53,524 nt of DNA, from IMG/VR virus record IMGVR_UViG_3300049444_000105, positions 1 through 53,524 of that record; one strand, 5' to 3'. This document shows, in pieces, positions 26,831 to 35,905 of the stretch (its first letter is position 1; the number at the start of each line of letters is the position of its first letter). The position numbers and the translations under genes were made by a program. Below the pieces are notes generated by a model. That model searched no databases, was not told the origin of the DNA, and saw only the letters and a list, made by a program, of their open reading frames with translations. Source of the DNA: a virus (Duplodnaviria; Caudoviricetes).

Positions 26831-29023
26831 ATGGCCGACTACTCTGATTCCCAACTCCTGGCCATCGCGCAACCCAAGACGGACTGGGCGACCAAGCTGC
26901 GCTTTCCCGTCTATGAAGAAAAAGGCGGATTGCCGCAAGGGTGGCTCTCCGCCGTGATGCAGGAGGAATCGGCGGGCAATCCCGCCGCGGTGAGTCCGAA
27001 AGGAGCAAAGGGGCTGTTTCAGTTGATGGACCCGACCGCCGCGCAGTATGGGGTGGACCCGTTTGACCCCCAGCAAGCGGTAGAAGGGGCGACGGCAGAA
27101 TTTCAGCAACTCTTCAAGAAGTATAAAGGCCATGTGCCCAGTGTGATTGCGGCGTGGAATTGGGGGCAGGGCAACCTCGACCAGTATGGGTTAGAGAAAG
27201 CGCCACAAGAGACCCGCGACCTGACACAGCGCGTGATGAACCGGCTCGGCTCGGCCAGTGCCCCGGCACAGCCACAGCAAGCCGCCGTGCTGAGTGATGC
27301 CGACCTGTTAGAGATGGGCAGAGGGACTGCATCCACGCAGCCTGTCGCGCCCAGCCCTGCGCCGACCGTCAGGCCACAAGCCCCGCCGGGCATGGCGGTG
27401 CCCGGCGGGACGCAGCCGGTCGGTCCCAGCGCCACGCCGCCGCCGACGCACTCCCTCAACCCGGCCATGGGGCTCCAGGGCGAGGCGCTCACGCCGGAGA
27501 CGCCTTCAGGGCCGCGCATCCCGCGCTCGGCCTTCGCCATGTCGGGCGATCTGATCGAGGACATCAGTGGCGTGACACCGACGCGCGCCCGCATGCCATC
27601 CGACATGGTGCTGGACATTCGCAAGCCCAGCACGCCGCAACCTGTCCCCTTGCCAGGCATGGCCGTCACGCCGCCGGGTCTCCCGTCTCCTGCGGACACT
27701 ATTCCCAGCGCTGCACAGATTGTGGCGCTGCCGGGACAACTCAAAGACCTCGCCATCACCGCTGCGCCCTATGCCATCAGCACGATCGGTGGTGTCGGAG
27801 GCGCGGCGCTAGGCACCTTCCTTGGTGGACCTGTCGGGGGCCTGTTTGGGGAGTCGATAGGCTCGCTGGGTGCCCGCAAGCTCAACGTGGCACTGGGCCT
27901 CGAAGAACCTGGTCTCACAGGCGATATTATTGCCGGGGCCTCGCCCGCCGCCATGCGTGGGGTGCTTGGGGTGGGCAAGCGACTCTTTCGCAACCTGCCA
28001 GGCACGAGTCCGGTCGCCCATGAGGTGGCGCAGGAAGCCCTCGAACAGGTGCCTGGGAAGCTCGCCCCGGCGACAGCGGCCACGGACCTGTGGCAGGAAG
28101 CGGCGAAGCATCATCCTCCGGTGCCTATGCCAGAGGTGGACCAGACAGCGGCAAAGATTATGCGTGAGCAACTCCGGATGCAACCCACCTCCCGCCAGGG
28201 CGAATTACTCAAGCGGGCAGAAGATCTCCAAGACCTGATTCGGACACACGGTGGCAACGTCCCCCTCGACCTGATGGACGAACACCGCAAAGAATATGGG
28301 ATCAGGATTGCCGAAGCTGCTGGGTCAAAAGATTGGCGTCTGGAGAAGGGCCTCAAGGAACTCTATGGCGCCTTCCATCGAGACCTCGACACGGCGGCGG
28401 CCCGAGCGACTCCAGGGGCCGAGGGCCTCCAGTCCGCCATTCAAGCGACGCGCAGAGAAAAAGCCGTTGAGGATCTCGCGCTGCTCTGGGGGCCAGGGCG
28501 CGGCATTGCTCCAGCGGTCGGCGGCGAGCATATGCAGGTGAATGGCCGGGGGATTCTCAGGCAGTTTGAAAAGATGGTGGCCGAGGACGAGGTGTTTGCC
28601 AAATCTTTTGCTCCAGGCGAACTCAAAAAGATTCGTGAGACGCTCAAGGACGTGGCCAGGATGACGACCCGGCCCGCCACTAATGTCAGTGGGCTGGGCA
28701 GTCGGGTCATGCCCTATGTAGCGCATGGGACGGTCTTAGGGGGTGCTTTGAAGGGCAACATGCCGATCATGGCGATCGGCATGGCCATGGAAGCGGCGCC
28801 CTACGCCATTGCCGAAGCCATCCAGACACCACTCGGGCGGGCCGCGATACGCCGCGCATTTCAAGAAGGCGGGGGGCATCTCACCGCCGCAGGGATTGCG
28901 CTCATTAACGAGAGCTTGCGGGAGCAACCAGAAGGCACGGTGCGCGCGACCATCAGGCAAGGCGAGGGGCAGGCGCCAGCCGCACCGCCGCGCTTGTCAC
29001 TACCAGGCATGGGAGGACAATAG
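26831..29023 (+). CDS. Ejection protein with N-terminal lytic transglycosylase (SLT/GH23)
   Basis: EESAGNPAAVSPKGAKGLFQLM...AAWNWGQG...ETR. Confidence 0.85.
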   Translation: MADYSDSQLLAIAQPKTDWATKLRFPVYEEKGGLPQGWLSAVMQEESAGNPAAVSPKGAKGLFQLMDPTAAQYGVDPFDPQQAVEGATAEFQQLFKKYKGHVPSVIAAWNWGQGNLDQYGLEKAPQETRDLTQRVMNRLGSASAPAQPQQAAVLSDADLLEMGRGTASTQPVAPSPAPTVRPQAPPGMAVPGGTQPVGPSATPPPTHSLNPAMGLQGEALTPETPSGPRIPRSAFAMSGDLIEDISGVTPTRARMPSDMVLDIRKPSTPQPVPLPGMAVTPPGLPSPADTIPSAAQIVALPGQLKDLAITAAPYAISTIGGVGGAALGTFLGGPVGGLFGESIGSLGARKLNVALGLEEPGLTGDIIAGASPAAMRGVLGVGKRLFRNLPGTSPVAHEVAQEALEQVPGKLAPATAATDLWQEAAKHHPPVPMPEVDQTAAKIMREQLRMQPTSRQGELLKRAEDLQDLIRTHGGNVPLDLMDEHRKEYGIRIAEAAGSKDWRLEKGLKELYGAFHRDLDTAAARATPGAEGLQSAIQATRREKAVEDLALLWGPGRGIAPAVGGEHMQVNGRGILRQFEKMVAEDEVFAKSFAPGELKKIRETLKDVARMTTRPATNVSGLGSRVMPYVAHGTVLGGALKGNMPIMAIGMAMEAAPYAIAEAIQTPLGRAAIRRAFQEGGGHLTAAGIALINESLREQPEGTVRATIRQGEGQAPAAPPRLSLPGMGGQ

Positions 29024-29923
29024 ATGGCCGTCGCACTCGGGCCGGTTCCTCGATTCAGGGCCTTTGACGCCAACGGCAATCCGCTCGCAGGGGGGAAATT
29101 ATTCACGTTTGCCACGGGGACAGGGACGCCCTTGGCGACGTACACCGATGCCAACGGCGCCACGCCCAATCCTAATCCTACCATCCTCGATTCTAGCGGC
29201 GAAGCGAATGTCTGGTACACCATTGGCTCTAGTTACCGCGTGCGGCTCACCGACGCCACGGAAGCCATTGTCTACTATGACATTGGTGGTCTCACGTCGG
29301 GGAGCGTCGGGTCGCTGCTCCTCATCGATGACTATAGCGCCACGATAACCCAGATGCGCGAACTCGCCGACCCCGGCGAGGTGGGCACCGAGAGCCTCGC
29401 CACCAACGCCGCCGGCGAGATTACGCGCAACCGGGCGGTGATGCGCGAGATGAAAGGCACGACGCAGTGGTATGAGACGTACACCACGCGCACGACGACG
29501 GGCACCTTTACGTTGCCGAGCGCCGATGGCACCTGGACGCCCACGGGCACCACGATTGCCTTTTATCGCTTCCATATCCCTGATGGCTGGCTCCCTGGGA
29601 GTGATGTGTTTCTCTTTTACATGCGCCGCGCGGCGGGGGGCGGGGGCACCAAGGCCCGTATGACGGCCCAAGTGCTCCGCCACCGCAACAATACGGCCCT
29701 GGCGGTGCTGGCCTCGGCCGATGTGGACTTTCAACCGGCCGATGTCCAGAACCATCTGGGATCGATCTTGATTAGCGGGGGATCGCTCGCGGTGGGGGAT
29801 TTTATCAATGTGCAGATTACGCGGCTGGGCGATTATGTGGGGCCTCCGGGCGGCGACGATGATCTGCCTGCCGTGGCGCCAGACGGGCATTACTTCCAAT
29901 ATACCGGCATTGCCTCACGCTAA
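29024..29923 (+). CDS. Tail protein with head-binding/attachment N-terminal domain
   Basis: DANGNPLAGGKLFTF..GT.TP.ATYTD...PN.NP.ILDSSGEA. Confidence 0.75.
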   Translation: MAVALGPVPRFRAFDANGNPLAGGKLFTFATGTGTPLATYTDANGATPNPNPTILDSSGEANVWYTIGSSYRVRLTDATEAIVYYDIGGLTSGSVGSLLLIDDYSATITQMRELADPGEVGTESLATNAAGEITRNRAVMREMKGTTQWYETYTTRTTTGTFTLPSADGTWTPTGTTIAFYRFHIPDGWLPGSDVFLFYMRRAAGGGGTKARMTAQVLRHRNNTALAVLASADVDFQPADVQNHLGSILISGGSLAVGDFINVQITRLGDYVGPPGGDDDLPAVAPDGHYFQYTGIASR

Positions 29924-29932
29924 GGGGGACTG

Positions 29933-30313
29933 ATGCGACGATTCCTGTATGTGCTTGTCCTGGGGCTGTGGCTCTTGCCGCTGCCTGCCGTGGCGCAACT
30001 CTCGACGGAGGACTGTCGCGGCCGCCGCATCCTCATTAACGGCGCCAACCAGGGCACGGATTTCACGGTGGGGGCGACGTCACTGACCATTCTCGACGAG
30101 AATGCCGCGCGCTGTAAAGTCACCATTCGCAACAAGGGTACCGCCCCCATGCGCTGTATGCCGACGCAGCAGGGCACGCCGACGGCCACGCGCGGGTTGG
30201 AGTTTCTGCCGGACAAACAACTCACGTTGGAGACGTCGAGTCGCCCCGCGTGGCTGTGTATCCGGACCACGGGAGCCTCGACCATCGCCGAAACCATCGA
30301 GGAATTGCCATGA
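29933..30313 (+). CDS. Small signal-peptide protein
   Basis: MRRFLYVLVLGLWLLPLPAVA|Q; four Cys. Confidence 0.75.
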   Translation: MRRFLYVLVLGLWLLPLPAVAQLSTEDCRGRRILINGANQGTDFTVGATSLTILDENAARCKVTIRNKGTAPMRCMPTQQGTPTATRGLEFLPDKQLTLETSSRPAWLCIRTTGASTIAETIEELP

Positions 30314-31971
30314 TCCTGCGCCGTGCTGCCGCCATCGCCGTCACCCTGCTCCTTGGCGCACTGCTCGGGAGCCTCAGCCTGGGGCCTGCCTACGCCCTCA
30401 TCTGGTCCACCGGCGAGGCGCCCGTCCTGGTGCGCGGAGCGCTGACGAGTGGCCGCAGCGGGACCGTGCGGGTTACCGAAATTGATGGCACGCCGTCGGG
30501 GAGCTTTACCACGCTCAAGTTTTCCAACGGCTCCCTCGCCGATAATGGCGACGGCACCGCCACCATTACCACCGGCGTCGGCGGCGGGGGCGATGCCTCC
30601 ACCAACACGGCGGTGGCGGTCGATGGCGAAGTGGCCGTGTTTTCCGGCACCGGCGGCAAGACGCTCAAGCGCGGGACAGGCACGGGGATTGCCAAAGTGA
30701 CCGCCGGGGTACTCTCTGCCGCCGTGGCGGGCACCGATTACGTGCTGCCAGGCGGCACTGTGGCCACCGCTACCACGGCGGGCTCCCTCGCGGCGAATGG
30801 CGGCAACTGTACCTTGCCGAACTTCCCCCTTGGGGTGGATGCCTCTGGTGCAGTCGAGGGCTGTACCGCGCTGCCCACGAGTATCACGGGGACGGTCAAC
30901 GAGATTACGGCGTCTGCCGCCACCGGCCCGGTCACGCTGTCGCTCGCCTCCATCGTCAATCTCTCTACCAAGACGCTGCGCATTCCCAATAGTGCGACAC
31001 CGCCTACGTGTTCCACCGGCGACATCTATATGGACATCGACGCCCCGAGCGGGCAACGCCTCCTCCTCTGCGAAGGGGGTACGTTTGTCCAGCAAGGTGG
31101 CAGTGCTGGTCCCGGTTCCACCGCCTTTAGTGCCATTACCGGCGGGGACAACACGGGCGCCGCGATGCGGGTCGACACGGGCGCCAGCCTCACCTACATC
31201 AACGGCGGCTCGATTAACGCCAGCGCCCTGGCGGGAGTCCCGGCGTCGAGCTACCTGACCACCACGAATGCGGCCATTGTCTCTGGCAAGCAACACGTCC
31301 CGCGCGTCGTGCCGACTCCCGCCTCTGGCACCAACGAAGTGCAAATGAACGCCGATACGACGGATGTGGCAGCCATTCCGGTGCTCACGGCTGGCGTGAC
31401 CATCCTGGCCCCCATCGCCACCGGCGCAAACCCGCGCGACCAGCAAGAGATTGATATTGTGTTCGCCCCAACGACAACCCCCCGCAGTATCACTTGGAAC
31501 AACAGTTGGTCCCCTCTGGGCGGCTTTGACTTACCCACCGCCACCACGGGGGATAGTGCGAAATACGACTTCTGCAAGTTCCGCTGGATCCCGGCGCTGA
31601 GTAAATGGGTGCTGGTCGCTACGACAATGGGAGCCGCACCGGGTATTACCACGCTGCCGAGCAATGCGAGCTATCTTTGCCCACAGTTAAGTAGTCGTAG
31701 CTGCCACATGTACCACACTGGAACCCCCGGAAACGTCAACATAGAGATTCCCTCTGGAGGGGCACCTGCCAACGGGAAGCAGCTAGTTCTAAAAATCCGT
31801 TGTGATAACGCCCAGTCGATTACGTTCACCACGGGAGTGGGCGGGTTTATCGCCTCGCCGAACGTGCCTATTACCGGGCTCACGTGCCCAGCAGGCGCGG
31901 CGGCATGGACGGCCATAGGCGTTGAGTATTCCAGTGATCTCAACCGGTATCAGGTCTATGCGACCAACTGA
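30310..31971 (+). CDS. Tail-fibre-like protein with signal peptide
   Basis: MILRRAAAIAVTLLLGALLGSLSLGPAYA|; fibre-like segments (DNGDGTATIT, AVFSGTGGKTLK, AAVAGTDY); two C-terminal beta domains. Confidence 0.75.
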   Translation: MILRRAAAIAVTLLLGALLGSLSLGPAYALIWSTGEAPVLVRGALTSGRSGTVRVTEIDGTPSGSFTTLKFSNGSLADNGDGTATITTGVGGGGDASTNTAVAVDGEVAVFSGTGGKTLKRGTGTGIAKVTAGVLSAAVAGTDYVLPGGTVATATTAGSLAANGGNCTLPNFPLGVDASGAVEGCTALPTSITGTVNEITASAATGPVTLSLASIVNLSTKTLRIPNSATPPTCSTGDIYMDIDAPSGQRLLLCEGGTFVQQGGSAGPGSTAFSAITGGDNTGAAMRVDTGASLTYINGGSINASALAGVPASSYLTTTNAAIVSGKQHVPRVVPTPASGTNEVQMNADTTDVAAIPVLTAGVTILAPIATGANPRDQQEIDIVFAPTTTPRSITWNNSWSPLGGFDLPTATTGDSAKYDFCKFRWIPALSKWVLVATTMGAAPGITTLPSNASYLCPQLSSRSCHMYHTGTPGNVNIEIPSGGAPANGKQLVLKIRCDNAQSITFTTGVGGFIASPNVPITGLTCPAGAAAWTAIGVEYSSDLNRYQVYATN

Positions 31972-31984
31972 GCGAGGAGGTGAT

Positions 31985-34579
31985 GTGCAGTATCCACCTG
32001 CTGTTGTGCTGCTCGTCCTGCTGCTGTGGCCGCTGGCGGCGTTGGCCATTCCACCGGTACTCTCTAGCACGCCACACTACCAGAGTCCGGTGGTGGCGGA
32101 GCCCGATGCCCTGCTGCTGCTGCCAGGCGCCACCTTGGCGGCGACCGATGTGGTCGTGTACCAGGCCCTCAGTAATACCACCGCCACGCTGACGCCGCCG
32201 CTGACGACTCCGACGACGCGCACCGCCACGACCGGGACCGCGCCTATCGCCAGTACCGCACGGGTGCCTGACGCCCTCGTGGTGTATCTCCCCCCAGTCC
32301 TCACGCCTGGCCAGTCCTACGCGCTCTGGGTGCGCAATACCATGGGCGAGTGGAGTAACGGGGTGAAGGTGAACGATGCCCGCCCGCTCTGGCTGACTCC
32401 GGAACTGGGCTACGCCACGGCGCTCTCGCCGGGCCTCCCGACGCGCTATCTCAAGGTGGTAGGGCGCAACCTGGCCCCAGCGCCGGGACAGACCACGCAG
32501 GTGCGCCTCGTGGGACCCGCCACGTATACCATGACCGCGAGCAATGACGGCGATACGACGACGGTCATTGAAGACTACGCCGCCACCGTGACTCTGCCCG
32601 GCACCATGACGGTGGGCACGTATACCGTCGCCGTCAACCGGGATGGGGTCAGCTGGGTCTCGGTGGCTGGCCAGAGCTTTACGGTGAGTGCCAATCCGGC
32701 GACGCCACCGACGTTTAGCCCGACGAGTTACGGGGGATGTGTGGCCGGGGATGCGGGCGATGATGTGGTGTGCATGCAGGCCGCGGCGAATGCGGCGGCG
32801 GCGGCTGGCGGTGGGACGGTGCTCTTAGGCGCGGGGACCTGGCGCATGAATGATGGAACGGTGGGCGGCAGTTCTGACCCCACGTACGGGGCCTGGCTCC
32901 CCATCGGTGTCAACCTTCAGGGGGCCGGGGCTGGCTCCACGACGATTGCACGCGGCGCTGGGTGGAATCCCAACCTGGCCGGTGGCGGCTGGTCCACGAG
33001 TTTTACGCTCCTTGGCAACAATATCGTGAGCGGCATCACGTTTACCGATGAAGCGACGTATGCCCCCACACAGACGGGGCTGCAGCGCATCCTCCGCGTG
33101 GGGGACACGTTTGACGTCACCACCACGGTTGACCGCGTCACGATTACCGCGAATGTCTTTACCAAACCCTATATTGCTCTCGACATTGGGAATCACCGCC
33201 TCAACCATCTGACCGTGACCGCGAACACGTTTGGCGCCTATTTTGCCGCGCTCCGCATGCTGGGCAGCGTCGGCACGTACGGCGACGGCGGCAAGTTTGT
33301 GAACCACCACCTCATCCTCACGGGCAACACGTTCTATCCTGGCAGCTATCTGAACGTCGCAGGGGCGCAAGGCACCGTAGCCGGATTTCTCAGCTCGACC
33401 CGGCGCGCGGACGTGAGCCAGAATACCATCGACGGCACGGCCACCACGTATCTGCAGGTGCCTGGCAGCGATGCGAAAGGCTGGCGCGCGGGCCTGTTCT
33501 GGACCAATCATAGCAGTATCGAGATGAACCTGGTGGCGCGGAACACGTTCACCTGTACGGGGGATAAGGCCGGGGATGGGGAAGCGATTGCCTATGACGG
33601 CACGGACAATCCGACCTTTGCCCACGCGCAGCCCGTCCTCACCGCCACCGCAACAACGGTGAAAGTGCCTGGACCACTCCCCGCCACTGATGTGCACGGC
33701 ACGGCGCTCGATCCGGCCTACTTCTCGGGCGATCTGTGGCTGCTGGTCGTCGACGGGCCGGGGGTGGGGCAAATGCGCCGCTCGGTGGGTGCCGTCACCG
33801 ATGGTTCCGGGACCGTGTTTACGGTGAGCCCGGCGTGGGACGTGACCCCGACCACCGCGAGCAAGCTCACCATGGCCAATGCCTACTGGCAAGTGTATAC
33901 CATTGATAACATGATTGATAGCCGCACGCCGCTGTGCCTCAAAAGCAATCGGAACGTCCCCCAGGCGGGGCTCATTACGCTCTATGGCGGGCCACAGGCC
34001 GACAGCGTGGTGGCGGGGAATAGACAGTATGACTCCGATGGGATTTACCTCAATCTGCGCTATTTTGCGACCGACCCCGCCGCGCCTGGCTACAACCCAG
34101 ACATTCGCACCCACTATTTTGTGGAAGTCCGCCAGAACGTGATTGCCCAGGAATATGACGCCGCCAACGCGGCGAGCCAATCGGGGATTCGCCTCAATCT
34201 CAGCGCCGCGCCAACGCCGACCTATCCCCCGCCAGTCCTGGGGTACGGGATCACCCTGGCGCACAACACCATCAACCACGCGGACAGCCTCTACGGGGCG
34301 ATTGGCCCGTTTAGTGGCTTTGGCTCCAGCGTGTGCGGCCCGGACCCGGACAACTGGCCGGTCATCCAGCATCTGCTGCTTGACCACAATACCCTGACAG
34401 ACCTGGTGGGCGGGACGGGCATCGGGCTGCCGCTGGCCTGTCTCTGGCATACCATCCTGTTGCAGAACACCGTCACGAATGTCACCACGCCGCTCAGCGA
34501 TAGCGCTACGGCGACGGTGCTCTATAGTCCTCCGGCACTGGCCGTGACGACGGGATATTTTCCCGTCTTTCAACCCTAG
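31985..34579 (+). CDS. Tailspike-like right-handed beta-helix protein with Ig-like N-terminus and signal peptide
   Basis: GAGGAGG RBS plus GTG; VVLLVLLLWPLAALA|; DD...QAA..AAAAAGGGTV.L.AGT beta-helix cap. Confidence 0.8.
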   Translation: MQYPPAVVLLVLLLWPLAALAIPPVLSSTPHYQSPVVAEPDALLLLPGATLAATDVVVYQALSNTTATLTPPLTTPTTRTATTGTAPIASTARVPDALVVYLPPVLTPGQSYALWVRNTMGEWSNGVKVNDARPLWLTPELGYATALSPGLPTRYLKVVGRNLAPAPGQTTQVRLVGPATYTMTASNDGDTTTVIEDYAATVTLPGTMTVGTYTVAVNRDGVSWVSVAGQSFTVSANPATPPTFSPTSYGGCVAGDAGDDVVCMQAAANAAAAAGGGTVLLGAGTWRMNDGTVGGSSDPTYGAWLPIGVNLQGAGAGSTTIARGAGWNPNLAGGGWSTSFTLLGNNIVSGITFTDEATYAPTQTGLQRILRVGDTFDVTTTVDRVTITANVFTKPYIALDIGNHRLNHLTVTANTFGAYFAALRMLGSVGTYGDGGKFVNHHLILTGNTFYPGSYLNVAGAQGTVAGFLSSTRRADVSQNTIDGTATTYLQVPGSDAKGWRAGLFWTNHSSIEMNLVARNTFTCTGDKAGDGEAIAYDGTDNPTFAHAQPVLTATATTVKVPGPLPATDVHGTALDPAYFSGDLWLLVVDGPGVGQMRRSVGAVTDGSGTVFTVSPAWDVTPTTASKLTMANAYWQVYTIDNMIDSRTPLCLKSNRNVPQAGLITLYGGPQADSVVAGNRQYDSDGIYLNLRYFATDPAAPGYNPDIRTHYFVEVRQNVIAQEYDAANAASQSGIRLNLSAAPTPTYPPPVLGYGITLAHNTINHADSLYGAIGPFSGFGSSVCGPDPDNWPVIQHLLLDHNTLTDLVGGTGIGLPLACLWHTILLQNTVTNVTTPLSDSATATVLYSPPALAVTTGYFPVFQP

Positions 34580-34584
34580 CGAGG

Positions 34585-35079
34585 ATGTTCTGTATGTTCT
34601 TGCTTGTCGTCCTGACGCTACTTCTGGGAAGTATCGCCCCGGCGTGGTCTGCCTCCGTTACATGGCTACCAGGACCAGTACAAACATGGCTCAATGGGAC
34701 GGGCGCCCTCGCCAATAACACCCTGGTGCTGTCCGGGGTCATTACGCTGACCTCGGGGGGCTATACCAAAGCGGTCTGCGAGTTGTTTGTGCCGACGTTT
34801 TCGGGCGCCGTCACCGCCAATACGGCCGTGAACGTGTGGATTCTGCGCCAGGTGGACGGCACCAATTACGAAGATAACACGGATGCCACGACCCCGGCCC
34901 GCAACCCGGACATGGTGTTCCCCTTGCGCGCGGTGAGTACAGCGCAGCGCGTGGCCCTGCCGAGTATCGACTTGCCACCGGGGCTCTTTAAGGCGCTGGT
35001 GAAAAATGATGGCACCGGCGTGACGATGAACACGACATGGACACTCAAATGCTTACCCTACGTCTTACAGTCATCCTAG
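34585..35079 (+). CDS. Signal-peptide beta-sandwich protein
   Basis: MFLLVVLTLLLGSIAPAWS|; DGTNYED...LPP..FK.LV.N. Confidence 0.75.
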   Translation: MFCMFLLVVLTLLLGSIAPAWSASVTWLPGPVQTWLNGTGALANNTLVLSGVITLTSGGYTKAVCELFVPTFSGAVTANTAVNVWILRQVDGTNYEDNTDATTPARNPDMVFPLRAVSTAQRVALPSIDLPPGLFKALVKNDGTGVTMNTTWTLKCLPYVLQSS

Positions 35080-35897
35080 CGCTGCTCTGGAGCACGCCAG
35101 CCTGGGCACAGCGCGTGAACATGCAGGCCGCCACGGCGCGCGGTCTCGTCAGTTGGTGGCGCGCGATGCCCCCCACGAGCGGCGGGCAGCAGTGGTACGA
35201 CCTGCTCGGGCGTGCCCCGCTGACCCTGACCAACATGACGAGCGCCGACACCTCGGGGACCACGGCCACGGCGCGGCCGGGCGGCGCGGGCGAAGTACGG
35301 TTCGACGGCACCGATGATTACGCCGTCACGCAGGTGGATGCACGGCTGCTCCCAGCTGAAGCCACCTACACGCTCTGGGTGAAGCGCACGGCGACGGGCG
35401 AATCGTTGCAGGTTCTCTGGGGCGCCGCCACGGGAGCCGGGGATCGTGAGGTGTTTGTGAAAAATAGCGGCGTGCTGGGTTATGCCATTACCTTTACCAC
35501 GGGGAACTTTTCCGGCGATTTTACCGGTCCCACGCTGGCGGTGGGGACCTGGTATCACGTCGCCGTGCAGCACAGTGCGGCACGCGGCTTTCAGCTGCAC
35601 GTCAACTGTGTGCTGGCGCAAGCCTTTGGAGTCGATGGCTCGACGTTTGTCCCCCTGACCCGTGCCCTCATGTTCGGGGCGCATGAGGGCATTGGGGCCT
35701 TTCTCACCGGGGCGATGGACGATATCCGGGTGTATAACCGGGCCTTGAGTGATGCCGAACTGTGTCAGATCGTGCGGGAGTCCAGCGCGGGAGAGCCGCG
35801 CCTGCTGCCGCCGCCGGCCCTGGTGGGGCTCGTGGCTCCGGCGCTGCCGACCGGTGGCAAGCGTGGGAGCTTTTTCAACTTTTTCCAAGCGCAATAA
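35049..35897 (+). CDS. LamG domain protein with signal peptide (paralog of 6839-7714)
   Basis: MLTLRLTVILALLWSTPAWA|; GLVSWW...FDGTDDY...WYHVA...MDDIRVYNRALS. Confidence 0.88.
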   Translation: MLTLRLTVILALLWSTPAWAQRVNMQAATARGLVSWWRAMPPTSGGQQWYDLLGRAPLTLTNMTSADTSGTTATARPGGAGEVRFDGTDDYAVTQVDARLLPAEATYTLWVKRTATGESLQVLWGAATGAGDREVFVKNSGVLGYAITFTTGNFSGDFTGPTLAVGTWYHVAVQHSAARGFQLHVNCVLAQAFGVDGSTFVPLTRALMFGAHEGIGAFLTGAMDDIRVYNRALSDAELCQIVRESSAGEPRLLPPPALVGLVAPALPTGGKRGSFFNFFQAQ

Positions 35898-35905
35898 GGG
35901 TCACA

